Translations under genes and position numbers: made by a program
Notes under the pieces: generated by a model
The model's database searches: none
The model's input: the letters and a program-made list of their open reading frames with translations, nothing else
What the model was told of the DNA's origin: nothing
Source: Blasia pusilla
Taxonomy: Eukaryota
NCBI GenBank assembly: GCA_050084515.1
Contig: CM114271.1
Location: 44,764,001-44,828,000 of the forward strand
DNA: 64,000 nucleotides
Reading direction: 5' to 3'
Part shown: positions 1-13,144 of the stretch, piece by piece
Numbering within the stretch: position 1 is the stretch's first letter
Layout: each line of letters opens with the position of its first letter

Positions 1-1110
1 ATTTGCATGATAGGGCAATATTATTGCTTGCTAGGGTCCATGGGCGAAAACAACCGGAGGAGTCATCCATTTGCTCATGGGCCCTAGCAATTTCCACTGT
101 TTCATGTGGACCCTATCAAGCATTATTGATTTCCATGGCCCTATGGAAGAAATCCATCTCCACCATCGTACCAAACACCAATTTTCTCTCTTCCATTTAC
201 ACTATTTGGAAAATAAAAAAGCTTTAAGATTTACAAACATCTATTTACTCGAAAATACAACAGAAATATATATATATATATATCTTTGCACCTCAATGCA
301 ACAGCAATTAAAAGAAAAAAGATTTCCTATATTTCCCGTGGCTCCACACGGCATCAACTGCCCAGCAAATATGGTTCGAATCATTTTGCTCACTCCCGTA
401 TGACCTCCCGTCCGTGGAAATGCCGGTGGTGATTTGTGACGGATCCCGTGTACCGGGGCAACTGAACCGAGTAACAGGTTTTTGGCGAAACAGAGTGTCT
501 GGAGGCTAAAACAAGCGGCGGTTGGGAAAACATCGCACGAGCTAAATAAATTACGCACTCCCTCTAGAGTCTAGTCTACCGTTACATTAATTTGCAATAT
601 CCCTTGAAGGAGAGCGGAGCGGAGCGAGCGCCCGTCTGACAGGACCACAGTGGCACGCAAATCAGCGGACTCTGCAGTCGTCATCAAATCTGGCCAAAGT
701 GGACCGCTTCCCATTGGTCCGAAGTCATAACTCCCGGACACCATCGAAATTACCACTGCTGGATCGCGGAGGACCACAGCGACATAAAATCGAGATCTTT
801 CGAGCGAAGCGCCACAGTAACTCCGCCTCGGGACATATTTTTACCAACGCCACCAATGGGAAGCCTCCCCGCTCGCGGAAACCACTTCACCCGTGGGCTG
901 CGAAACCAGGCACGCATAATAATACCGGGCACCCGATATTCTTCCTAACCCGTGAGCATTCACCGACCCCGGTTACATCGAGGTTACCCGGCCTCTTTAA
1001 CCCGCCAGAGCACAGGGCGATAATAATAATAATAATAAATTCTTGTTCGCGGCCGTAAGGAAAACAGGAGAACGTTCCCGCGATCCACGGAAACCCTCCC
1101 GTCCCCGACT

Positions 1111-1156
1111 CCCCGCCCCCCCCGCCCCGCCCCGCCCCGCCCCGCCCCGCCCGCCC
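1111..1156. repeat. (CGCCC)n GC-box array in a GC-rich, promoter-like island
   Basis: Tandem CCCCG/CGCCC units read directly; (ATA)n run nearby at ~1020-1039. Confidence 0.85.
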
Positions 1157-3567
1157 TTGCCTCGGACACTATAGCGAAGGGAGGAGCGCGAGAAGAGCGG
1201 AGAGAGCGAGAAGCACGTTCACCGAGAAATTGTCTCGTTTGACACTTTAAAGCGCACTGACACCTTCCGCTGAGGCTAGAGGCCGCTACTACATTTAGTA
1301 CTAGACGCGTACTACCACAGTGGACGATCTGTAAAATCAGCGTATTAACTGATTTGTTCGATATTTATTGCTTTTTCCGAAGTGAGAAATATTTTTCCCC
1401 TTACTTTTCTCGCGAGACTGGACAGCCGGGCACTTTTGGAAATTCCATGTTGGACTGATTTACACACGTACTAATGTTGTTATTATTTTATAAATAAATT
1501 AAGCCTTTAAGGGCTCCACATACCCACTCTCGTGGACTAACACATCTAGTCTTTATGATATCCGTATTAATACACAAACTTCTAAGCATTTCATCACTCC
1601 AATACATGAGGAATGAGTTTTCACATGAGGATATCCTCAAATAATCATTTTCTTCAATGCAATCCATGGTGATAAAGACCCATAACAAAACCCTTTTAAA
1701 CATTGTGGGTACAAGTCTTTGAAAATTCATCTTCTACAATGCTCTTCTCCAAATGGTTCTAGTCATCCATGTCCACCAAGTCAATGTAGTCACTAAAAAT
1801 GGCCATAGGAAAATATGATGGAAAAAATGGAAATGATACATGATTGTTGATATTATTCAAGGTTTGAATCCCCCCAATATCTCATCTCTAAGGCATACTT
1901 GCACAAAACTCTCTCCATGATTTTCTACCATCCAATTAAGATGATTCAAAAGCATAATCCCACAAGGTGAACAAACTCACCAATCTCCATAACTTAAGAA
2001 TCTAGCACCTTCTTGGGTGCATTAAAATGATAGAGCATACAATATAAATTGTATAAACATCTCCTTCAGGCAATCAATCTGGTTGGATGTACCATCGATT
2101 AAATCCACGTAATTCGGAAACTATTCCTTTATAAAACTAGATAAATTCAACATCAATTCATTTATTCCCCTAAAAGACTCCATCTTCTTCCTAAGAATAT
2201 TCGTGGGAACACTTAGGAGGAGGAGTTGAATTTTCTTACACAACATTTTTTTACCTTTTGAAGTTACACAGACACATTGTGAATCCCTCAACTGTGCTCA
2301 ATTTATTTCCCAAAAAACTCTCTCTCAAGTGGGTTTATCGCCTTATTCAAATAGTATATCTATCACATCCATGAGAGGATTGAGGTTTTCCCTTTATCTG
2401 AATTTTTTTCCATATCTTCTACAATTGCAATTGAATGCATATATGCAAATTACTTTGCATATAACGAATGTTCCACGCAAACATTAAAGTATCATCCTTC
2501 TTTCTCAATTCAAACTCATTTCCAATCAAATGCATATTAACGTGCTTGAATATCAATTACATCCCCTAAAAGATCTTATTCCTACATCAAAATTATCATG
2601 GAATCTCATTTGTATGTATATACTCAAATACTCTCTTATGCTCTTTAAAGAGGCGACATACACTTGGCTTCTTCTAAAAAAGATTCGTCCAAATTATTTG
2701 TAGGAAATTGCAAAGCCCCTATCTGACCACACATGGACACAATATTGGACCAAGTCCATTTCCATCGTATTATCCCTTTTTATTATCTATATTGATGACC
2801 TACAATACCTATTTGATCGAATCCCCAAAACGATGTTATCTTTCGATGCCCTTACCCTCATTCTTATAGAGTGAACTGACTTCTACTTCACGCTATTTTG
2901 TAACATATTTGTTATCACAGTCCTATCAAGCCATTTTTCCCTCCCAATCCCCACCATTGTATATCTTCATTTGTGAGATTTCTACAAAGACTACCTTTAT
3001 ATATTATCTCACTAAATTCATAGCTTACCTTCTATCTATTCCATATACTTCACTCAATTATTAAGCTTGTCTTTAAGAAAACTAGTTTTTAATTTATCAA
3101 AAAGTAAAGTAGAGAACTTTTTTTAAGCCCAACACTACATCCACAATCATTAACATGAACTCTCTATATTATTAGCATAGTTGTAAAATTAAAACCCTAA
3201 TTACTTCGAAATGTCATGAGAATCCCACTAATCATGTAATTTCCAAAGATCATGATCCTCATACTCTATCATAAAACATTCATAATGCTATAAATTCTTG
3301 TCTATTTATCCACATACCTTATCATCAATATCATTGTTTAGACCAAGTTGTAACCTTCATTAATTCTAAAGTACCCTAAACAAATTTTAACTCAACCTAC
3401 GTACCATATCTGTCGTCCCTTCGAGCCCTTACTCTCTCATACCCTTATGGGTCTACATCCCTTTGTGCAGCCTACGCCTATCTTGCTCCCGAACTCCAAA
3501 ACTCCTTCCTTACGAGCAACTAACATGACTTTACTCTTTCAGCTCCCGCTCCTCTTGATCATGGTCA

Positions 3568-3735
3568 TGGTTGTACAAAATGGACAAGTCTGTCCTTGGG
3601 ACAGATATGGACGGACAAGTTTGGACATGTCCATGGACATAGATCGCAAAACGTGGGGCCAACGTCTATAGTTCATGGTGGAAGGCAAGGTAAGGGCCAG
3701 TTGGGCAATAAGGGGGGATGAAGTGGAGGTGGAAG
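3568..3735 (+). repeat. Dispersed repeat, diverged copy of 30507-30675 (probable LTR/TE end fragment)
   Basis: ACAAAATGGACAAGTCTGTCC...GGGCAATAAGGGGG...AGTGGAGGT aligns by eye with ACAAAAATAGACAAGTCTGTCC...GGGCAATAAGGGGG...AGTGGAGGT at ~30510. Confidence 0.7.
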
Positions 3736-6212
3736 AAGGAAGAAATGAGAAGTGTGGATCACCAAGGCAAGTTGGGGGGATGAGAAAGAAGGGGAAGATG
3801 GGGCCCACATTGGCAAGTCCTTCTATAGGAGAGACGTAAGTCCACTCACTTTGTTCAAATACAACCTTGGTCACGAATACACCCACACGGTGCACTATGC
3901 ACCTCCTCTGCCCCGCCTTTGCACTATCTGACCGATGCCTACCCTGTCTCTTGGATGTTCCGTGCACACTTCCCTATGGAGCCTCATTCTGCTCCCTCCG
4001 CATCTTTGAAGAACTTTTATACTCAAAGGGTCTTTGGCCTTGGATCTCATCATCACCAATTGACTCCACTAGTTTCAAGAGTTTGTCACAAGTCTTTAGT
4101 AGCTCAACCATTTGAAAATGGTATTTTTACCATTGGGCTTAAGTCCACCAAAGAAGATCGATCTTAGGAAATGAGTTCCACTTTACACTTTACTCACATA
4201 CATACTACATAAGCGCTTAGCCCCCCACTAGCTTGAAATACAAAAACTCCGTATCATTCCAAAACTCTTGGTATGCTATTGTGAATCGATCTCCAATCAA
4301 CACTTTGGACTCCTCCTTACTCAAAGAAGACATAATGGCTGAATATTCCTCACATTGGGCGATCCACTATTCGAGCATATGATCTTGAACAAACGTGCAA
4401 GGCTCTCATGCATCCTTTAGAAATCCGATTGTCTTTTGGCCATTCCCCTTCAAATTGAAGCACTAATTTCATAAGGAATTCCTTGACATTACATGAATGC
4501 CCCATTTGTATGAATGGGATGGGAAAATTTATCTCACAAAATTTCCCGCAAGAGATGGATGCTCGGTCCATCTCTAACTCATAGATTTACTTACTTTGTT
4601 ACGTCATTCATTCTGACATGATCTCCATGAGGTCCACCACTTGAGCATAAAGTGGTGGTCATTCAAGCTTGAAGCTAATTTCCTCGTTGACATATCTTAA
4701 CTTACAACATTCTCATGCCTAGAACTTATTGGTATATCATAGACGCGAGTCTTCTTCTCTGGCTCATAGTGAAGTAAGACTTCTTCTCTTGGTTTTTGGG
4801 ACTTGATTGGAAATTTTGGGGACAGTCCACCCACCGTCACCATCTTCAAGCCCCGATTCATTCAAATCATTTCCTTTCCTCTTGTATCCCTCCCCAAGCA
4901 TCCAGTCACTACTTGTGACCATGAGGTCAAGCTCACTAAGAAAAGGCTATGATGCCATTTTTCATGCATCTAATCTCTTAAATATTTTATTTATGTGTCA
5001 TGGAAGCTTATGTTATGTAAGTGACTCGCTTGTTATTGATTTGCACCTAAGCACACTTATATAAGCCATGGTTTAGATCAACTGGCTAGCTTTGCGTATT
5101 CCGAGTGTGGATCTTGGGTAACCCCTCAAGTTCAATAGATCTAGATAAGGTTAGTATTCACCCCATCTGGATATATAGTTATCATAGACTTCTTTGAAAG
5201 TCTAGGAACTTGAAACAATGTGAGCATGCTTGATGGTCCTACTTAAATTGTCTAATGGATCTCAAACTAGTCTCTAATCAAAACTCAATTTTTGAGCCAT
5301 TGGTCAAGGTCCAAGTTTTGCGGCCATAAGTGGACTACCTACACTTGGCTTAGTGTCTAAGATATAATGCCAACCTCTCAATCGATTCCATTTCTTGCCC
5401 TTAGTTCAATTCCCCTATGGTTTTGAAGGAGGGGTTTAAGTTCCAAACTCTCTTGGAAATCCTCTTCCTTACATATGGTTATGGGAAATTTCACCCCCTC
5501 CCTTTATTCTCGGGTTGCTCCTTGTGACCCTCAACCCAAACTATCATTTTCACACTCGAGAATATTTGGATATGTATTTGGTTGCAAAGGTGATGCTTCT
5601 ACAAGTGTTGTAAGATCTACATCATATCCAAAAACATCTTGAACTTAGGGTCATCTACGCCATCTCCATGTCCCACACTTGACTCTAACATTGCCAACTT
5701 GCAATTATGAAATGAATATATTGTGCATCTCCCCCTAATTTCTATGCCCTCAAGAGTGAAACATTCCTCAATAAGGCTGGAACCATGTGTTACTCTTTCT
5801 TATGAGCAAAAGAGCCTCTACAAAGTTACTTGTTGTAGTTAGACACATCTCATTGTCTCATATATCTCTCTCCACATATAAGTATTCTTGAATGCAAAGA
5901 TCACTCTACAAAATACATGGTAGTCAATCCAATAATGATCCATCCAAAGAGATCCATCCTTACACCCTCCTTTGGATAAAACCATGAAATCAGTGTTTTT
6001 CCCAAAGATGAAAATATAACATCTCATGCTACCTTAGGCTTCTCTACTTCAACTCAAAGTGATGCAAGGGCCTCTCTCCACGTTGTGTGTATATGCCCTT
6101 ATGCCCTATACTGATAAAGCTTTGAACCCCATAAAGGCACCTTTCATATATAAGAAGGTGTGATCACGATACCCATTCTCTACTCAGGAAAATTAGCCTT
6201 GGTTATGTCCTT

Positions 6213-6693
6213 TGTCACATCTGAGTAGCCGATAGGCGGAGATCTATCGTGGATAGGGCGTAGGAGCCAGCGGACTATCTTGAGTGTAACTTTGTCCCAC
6301 GGTGTCGGATGAGGTTGGAGATAGGTCCATTGTGTCAGGAACGTCGTTTCTGAAAACTTTCATGTTTGAGGTCTTTCACAACCGGGTGACTTGTTGACCA
6401 GATCACCCGCCCCTGGTAACCTGAGCGCGTAGGTTACCAAGGGGATAGTTATTTTTAGGGGAAGAGCCTTTTGGCTCTTGCCAACCTATATAAGAGAGGA
6501 AGAGGGCTTTCCTAAGCCATCTTTCTCATGTTGGGCTATTGGAGCACCTCTCTTGTATGTGTGTGAGATAGGACTATGGTGCTAGCGTCCAGATTCCTTG
6601 ATAGCACAAGGTGGACGAGGCTCGATATGCCGATGTAGATTGAGGAGTGGAGTTTTAGGCCGGGTGTGCCATTTTTACTACTCTTTATTTTTA
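6213..6693 (+). repeat. Terminal repeat unit A1 (promoter/R/U5-like part of LTR)
   Basis: Direct repeat of 13502-13984; homologous to the start of copy C at 55988. Confidence 0.92.
6487..6531 (+). promoter_or_regulatory. TATA box (TATATAA 6487-6493) and predicted transcript 5' end (CATCTTTCTCATGT 6518-6531)
   Basis: TATA about 30 nt upstream of a motif complementary to the PBS; same layout in A2 and copy C. Confidence 0.65.
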
Positions 6694-6706
6694 CATGAGA
6701 AAGATG
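6693..6706 (+). promoter_or_regulatory. Self-priming-type primer-binding site ACATGAGAAAGATG
   Basis: Lies where A1/A2 homology ends; exact reverse complement of 6518-6531; lacks the TGG start of a tRNA PBS. Confidence 0.75.
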
Positions 6707-7856
6707 TCAGGGGGCTGGTGGGAATTTGTTGTTTGCAGGGAGGCAAGCGAGTTGCCTTGGTCGAGAGCCCCTAGAGACGCGTGTGTTGCGGGTGTTGGTT
6801 ATTTTTCTATTCGGAAGGCTGTGGGCGGAAGCACTATCCGTTTTTCTCAGATTTTGCTGGTGTGGATTGAAGGGGGACAACAACCAAGTGTAGTGTGCGG
6901 TGGGGCGTCGGGTGTACGCGAGTGAGGATGTCGAGAGAGAGAAGAAAAGGGCACGTTTGGATCTTGCAGCTGTCGAGGGACTGTCAAGTAAAGGCGACTA
7001 GGTTAGGTCGCGAAGGCTAGGTTTAGGGTGCGGAGGACGGGCGCGGCCACATGCAAGGGGCGCGGACAAGTGGACAAGTGCAAACAGAGGACGGGCGCGG
7101 CGACGGGCGAGGGGCACGGACGGACGGACACCCCCTCCCCCCGCGCATTTACTACCTTTTTTCGAACGTGGTTGGATGGCAACGTGGTAGGGTTCAGGAT
7201 GTGGTGACCAGGTTATCAGGTTGGAGTTTCTTACGTAGTTAGGAGAGTTACATGGTTAGGGTCAAGATGGACCCTCTACACCGATGAGTTGAAAACGGAG
7301 AGTTAGTGTCCATGATGGCGACGGGTTTTCCGCATCTATTGGCGAGAGGATTGACATGTTGGTTGAGGAGAGTGTTGTGTTGCGGACGTTGTCGTGTCAC
7401 ATGGAGGAGTACGTGTTGACGATGCCGTAGGTTGGAGGGCGTGATCAGGTTACCCATTCGAGCCCCCTTTTCCCACACTTGTCGTGTGTGATAAAGAGTG
7501 CTGGGTATCGGGTAGTAGCTGGTGCTAGGTGGGTGCAGTGATGGTGACGAGAGTAGATTCTTTTCTTGTGTAGCATGTTGGTGGATATACGGCGGTTGCC
7601 GCGTAGGGGTCGCATGTATGACTTGAGAGTGTCGCTAGGTTAGGTGAGTCAGTTGGGAGGCTCATGGTGAGCCCGAGTGTTGAGTGTACGTGAGTTCGGG
7701 TATGTCATCACGGGATTAATGTTAGCATAGTTGAGCTAGTGAGGAGTGTGGGAGACTCTCGATGAGTCTGAGTGCTTGAGCGGGTGAGACAGGGTTGTCA
7801 TCACGGCGTTCTTCCAGGGTTCGGAAGAACAGGGTAGTGCGAGCAGTAGTAGTGAT

Positions 7857-8710
7857 GTGACACGGAGTGGAGTGAGATACCGAGGGGTTATCAGTGAGGA
7901 GCTACCTCGACATCCATCCGTGGCTGGATTGTCATCACTAGACACCGGTCTAGTGACAAGATCGCAGACGGAGGCAGTATCGCTTGGCAGGAGATGGACG
8001 ACATGGGCCATCGGGGCATGCGTCATTTCTCGGGTGCAGTGGGCACCATCAACTTAGATGATTTTATCAAGGAGTTTGACACGTGGTGCGACTCCCAGGA
8101 GATACGGAACCCGACACATTTCAACCCTTTCATGGCATAGAAGGGGTTGTTCCAGCACTTAGAGGGTCCTCCGATGGATGACTGCATGGAGTTCCGATCA
8201 CTATATTCAGTAGAGATCGATGCTTGGAGGATGTATTGGGCTCTAGGGTATGTGTCCACTAGTGGTCGGGAGACATATGATGGGATTGTGAGAGGAGAGA
8301 GACCCACACCATGAGCCCGGAGACTAGATGGAGAGGAGGGCAGTGAGATAGGCGATGTGGCAAAGACCTCTGGTGGTAGAGGACCACCCAGCTTCAGCCC
8401 CACAGTGGAGTTCTTCCGATAGTTGGGGAAGAGCTACCAGGGCGTACGCAGCGATAAGCTTAAGAGTCTTCAGGATTTTCAGCGATGATCGGGTGAGAGT
8501 CTGAGAGAGGCATTCATGCGCGTGAGGAGGCTGATCATTGCTACGTATGGAGTGATTGAGGCGCCGTCAGTCGAGTATTGGTACGGGGTTCTAGACCGAG
8601 AACTACGGAGGAGAGTCCGAGATGCGATGCCGATTCACACAGCGAAGCCCACATTGAAGGTGGTCTTTGAGTTGTCTGTGCGTATTGAGCTCAACATGAG
8701 TGAGGAGCAG
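7857..8710 (+). pseudogene. gag: Gag (capsid-like) of copy A, with stops and frameshifts
   Basis: DDFIKEFDTWCD...KGLFQHLEGPPMDD and GESLREAF...YGVLDRELRRRVRD, matching copies B and C. Confidence 0.8.
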
Positions 8711-8956
8711 GTAGCGGATAGTCCCACGGAGAGACACGCCATGGCGGGTGTCTCTTCCCATGTTGGCGAGACCTCTTCACCATGGTGGGGTACAACTCGA
8801 GAGCTACAGAGGAGTGCCGTCAACCTCGTGAGGCAGGCGTGGAGTCATGCCTTTATCCCGGAGCAACAAGAGTCAGGTGGCGATCGGGCTTCTGGAGTGG
8901 AGACGTTGACCCCACTGGATACCACACCCATTGTGTGGCAGTGTCTAGAGGAGGGT

Positions 8957-9880
8957 GTTAGGGTGTTAGATCTCTTCAGAGGGATTAGCACAGAAGTGGT
9001 TGCAGTATTGCAGGGAGGCACACGGGTGCATCAGTACCTTTATGTGGAGAGAGATGAGACCGCGCGGCGAGTATCAATACGTCACGTGGTGAGATTGGTC
9101 CATAGGTATCTTGAGTTGTTGCTGGTATCTGCAGTACGGGGATATCAGCATACACTACCCACCGATATCTCTTTGGTGGGGGCGCAAGATCTGGATAGAG
9201 TTGGCACCATTCATTTGGTGATTGTTGGATGGCCATGTCAAGGTCATTCGTCAAGTGGCCGAGGATTTGGATTGCAGGATCCGAGGTCAAGGATATTTTG
9301 GGAGATGTTGCGAGTAGTACGATACTTGCAGGAGAGTCAGACATGTTCTCCAACGTACATTTTGGAGAACGTGTCATTGTTGGGAGACACTCGTGCATGT
9401 GTGATGACGAGTGTGCATCAGGTAAGGTCCTGGTTGGGACTTGCTGTGTTGTTAGATGCAGCGAGAGTTGGGTGGCATGCCCATCGTCCATGACTCTGGT
9501 GGACGAATCTGATACCATCAGAGGTACTGAGTCGAGCATACGATGGAGTCCAGAGAGCACCACATCTCACAATGGATGTTATTTTGAGCTCAAGGCGTCG
9601 ATCTTAGGTGGTGACACGGGATGATAAACCACCGTTGGCCATGGCCAATAGGATGGGGGAGTTGAGGGCAGCCTTACCTACATTGGTGAGCTTCCCAGCA
9701 TCCCATGCCTTTCGTCCAGGAGGGCCAGGCATGATTTGGGATGAGGTGACCGAAGCATTGGAGGAGCCTACAGCAGATGAGCGCGAGCGTGCCATGGGGT
9801 TCGCTATCGGTACTACGGCGGTGCCAGGGATGACTGAGGCATCCCGGAGATAGGTGTTGGGGCAGGCGATGGACCTCAAC
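8957..9880 (+). pseudogene. C5 cytosine DNA methyltransferase domain (DNMT3-like) in polyprotein of copy A
   Basis: Motif I VLDLFRGIST, II YVE, IV VIVGWPCQG (Cys codon 9236-9238), VI ILENV, VIII AHRP*LWWTNL, IX ERERAMGF, X RR*VLGQAMD; one frame broken by 3 in-frame stops. Confidence 0.92.
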
Positions 9881-10206
9881 TATCTCACATGGATAGTTAG
9901 CCTAGCTATGGTTGAGCAGAAACGGATGCGAGTGTCATCCATGCCGTCACGTCCACGAGTTGGACCATTGCCTACAGGGTATGTACAGGCATTGGCTGGG
10001 GACGGGACAAGGAGAGATAGGCACCCATGGACTTCCTGGGACGTCGTTCGAGCGGAGAGTGCGAAGGCGGCCAGAGTAGCATATGTTCATTTTTTGGATG
10101 TGGAGCATGGTGTACAAGGTCAGAGTGGAGTGGCTGTTGCGGAGGTGGCTAGGATTGCTACATAGCAACCAAAGCCGGAGGTTGCGTCCCCCCGAGTGAG
10201 ATCACG

Positions 10207-13144
10207 ATGGAGACTTGGAAGCCTGTGATAGGTCTCAAGTTGATAGGAGGAGAGCAACGGCGAGTTCATAGGACTCTGAGAGGGCATGTCAGTTGTTTTG
10301 CCTTCAATATGAGAGACTTGGGTACGCTGAAGGGTCCCGGGATACAGATTGAGTTGGCTAGTGATACGCCGATCTTTCGTCGACCCTAGAGGTATTCCGA
10401 TATGGAGCGAGCCTTGATTCATAGCAGGAGTCAAGACTTGTTGGAGGCAAGAATTGTGGAGTTATCACATGGGGAGTATGCATCTGCCACAATCATACCG
10501 GCGAAGAAGGATATGTATGGCAATTGGACGGATAGGCGGATGTGTGGAGATTACCGTCCTATCAACCGACAGATTAGGTCAGATCGGTACGCCATGCCTA
10601 CTCTTGAGGAGATCTTTTGATGCGGTAGGGCATGCAAAGATCTTCAGTACTTTAGATTTTGGTGCTGGCTATCATCAGCTTCCTATCAGGTTGGAGGACA
10701 GGGAGAAGACAACATTATGGGGGATAGATCTGTTTGGGAGAGATTGCTTGTATCAGTGGCGGTTCTTACCATTTGGGTTGAAGAACGCGCCTGCAGAGTT
10801 TCAGAGAGTGATGGATAGGATTCTACCTGGCTTGGATTTTGTACAATGTTACATAGATGATATTCTTATCTTCAGTTCCACGATTGAGGAGCATGAGTGA
10901 CACCTGGAGGAGGTGTTTCGGCGATTGCAATTACATGGACTGAAGTTACATCCAGGCAAGTGCAGATTCTTTTAGGAGCAGATTGAGTACTTGGGACACA
11001 CCATATACCCAAGTGGGTTAGGCGTTCAGCAAATGAAGGTAGAGGCTCTTGCGCAAATTCCACGCCCTACAGATATGAGTCGAGTCCGAGCATTTCTTGG
11101 ACTGGTGAACTTCTATCGACAGCATGTCAAGGGTTTTAATGCGATCGCAAAGTCTTTGATCTTGTTGACGAGACTTGATCAGGTTTGGTTGTGGGGAGAT
11201 GATCAAGAGCGAGCATTTCAGGAGCTCAAGGACAGGTTGACGTCCTCATCCATTTTACAGAGACCGGTTAGGGGTCGCCCATTCCAATTACATACGGATT
11301 GGAGCATGTTGGGTCTAGGAGCAGTGCTTACTCAGAGGGATGATGAGGAGAGGGAGTTCGTGGTGGCTTACACGAGTCGATCGAACAACATTGTAGAGGC
11401 GAAGTACAACTCCTACCAGAGAGAGTGCTTGGCTGCAGTGTGGGCCGTGGCACATTTCAGGTGCTATTTATTCGACAAACCTTTCACACTTATCACTAAT
11501 CATCATCCGTTGAGGTGGTTGATGGAGTCCGACAAGCTTACGGGAAAGCTTGCTAGGTGGGCTCTATTATTGCATGAGTATGAGTTTGAGGTGGTTCGTA
11601 GGCCAGGTCGGCTGAACCAGGATGCGGACAAGTTGAGTCCTAACCCATGTCCGAGACAAAGAGACGACACACGAGCTCGATGGCACGGAGAGAGTGATGA
11701 GGAGATGGTGCTCGGGTGGCATGCATCTGCCTATCTTTGTTGGTTGACTATGGTTGGTCAGCCACAGGTGATGACTCTAGTGGTGGGGTTGGATGATGAG
11801 TCTTTGGATCCGGAGGTCAGTGAGGAGGCGACAGGTGGTCGTGATATCCATGACAACGTGGAGGTTGTGGAGTTCTTGCGCACTGGCGTCATAGCGAGCA
11901 CAGTGAGTGCTAGGGAGCGGGATCGGATCCTACAGCGAGCCAGGAGGTTCAGGTGGGAGGGGACTCACATTTTTCGGGTATGGGGAGATGGTAGGATACG
12001 AGTGGTATCTCATCCTTCCCAACGAGCACGTGTAGTGCGACATGCCCATGAGGAGTTGGGACATTTTGGAGTAAAGCGTACTTATAGCTTACTCGAGGTT
12101 CAGTATTGGTGGCGCGGTATGCATACTAGGGTACAACAGTTTGTGGCCAGATGTATGGTATGTGATAGAGTGCGAGCATCCTTCAATGCTCCCACTCCGT
12201 AGTTACATCCTTTTCCAATTATGGGTTTAGGTTATCGGTGGAGTTTAGACTTTGCGGGACCATTGCCATTGACTAGGCGTCATCATAGGTACGTGTTGGT
12301 CATGGTGGAGCATTTCTCCAAGTGGATAGATTTGGTGGTACTACCGGAAAAGGCGAGCAAGGGAATAGCTTATGTGTTTCTAGATCGTGCGCTTAGTCAC
12401 TTTGGTGCACCGGCGGAGGTGTTGACTGACCAGGGTAATGAGTTCAAGGGAGAGTTTCAGGCCTTGTGTGATCAGGCGCTAATAGATCACCGCACCACGT
12501 CCAGAGATCATCCTGAGGCGGATGGGTTGGCGGAGAGAGTGGTACAGACGGTGAAGAGAGGGTTACGCAAGTATGGCTTGTAGCGGGGACAGTTGAGGGA
12601 GTGGGACCTACAGTTGCCATGGTTGGCTATGGGTTATCGCCTTAGTCAGTAGGCATCCTTGGCGTCATTTTCACTGTACTTTTTGCTCTTTGGGAGAGAT
12701 CCAGATTTACCTGCAGCCATTCGACGTGACATGGCGGAGGTGTTAGATCTTGATGATCCAGATGTGTGGGTACAAGCATGTTCTCGAAGGGCGGAGGCTT
12801 TTCGTAGAGTTATGCCTATGGCCTTTGAGAACTTAGCTATTGCTCAGTATAGAGATACATTGAGGTACGCGACCATTCGTGGATGAGGTTATCGTCCAGG
12901 GATTAGGAGGTTTCATCCTGGAGATTATGTGTATTTGCAGCAAGCGGCACCCACGACACTAGATGTCACTACAAGACGCACGATCCTACGTGTGCGCGAG
13001 GTATTACCGACCGGAGTCCTCATGTTGGAGGGACGGGATGGTATGGTTTGGAAGGATCATATGCGCAATTGTGCGCCATGTCATCTTTCGAACGTAGATG
13101 GGACAGTGGATCCAAGCTTGGCAATGGTACCTGCATGCTTGAGA
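10207..13144 (+). pseudogene. pol: Reverse transcriptase, RNase H and DDE integrase of copy A
   Basis: RMCGDYRPIN, LPFGLKNAPAEFQ, YIDDILI; LHTDWS...ECLAAVWA; HEELGHFG..CMVC, WSLDFAGP, TDQGNEF, GLAERVVQ. Confidence 0.95.

Noticed and set aside
1490-6200. Probable old TE remnants (also 14126-16500 and 24180-24620)
   Set aside because: Too decayed to assign family or boundaries by eye
8516-9493. Stand-alone host DNMT gene or bacterial restriction-modification methylase
   Set aside because: Intronless, in frame with gag/pol, inside TSD-bounded elements and repeated in three copies
12200-12202. TAG shared by copies A and B (41757-41759) after FNAPTP in integrase
   Set aside because: Context TAG TTA CAT is not a readthrough signal and it splits the integrase; best explained by parallel CAG>TAG deamination
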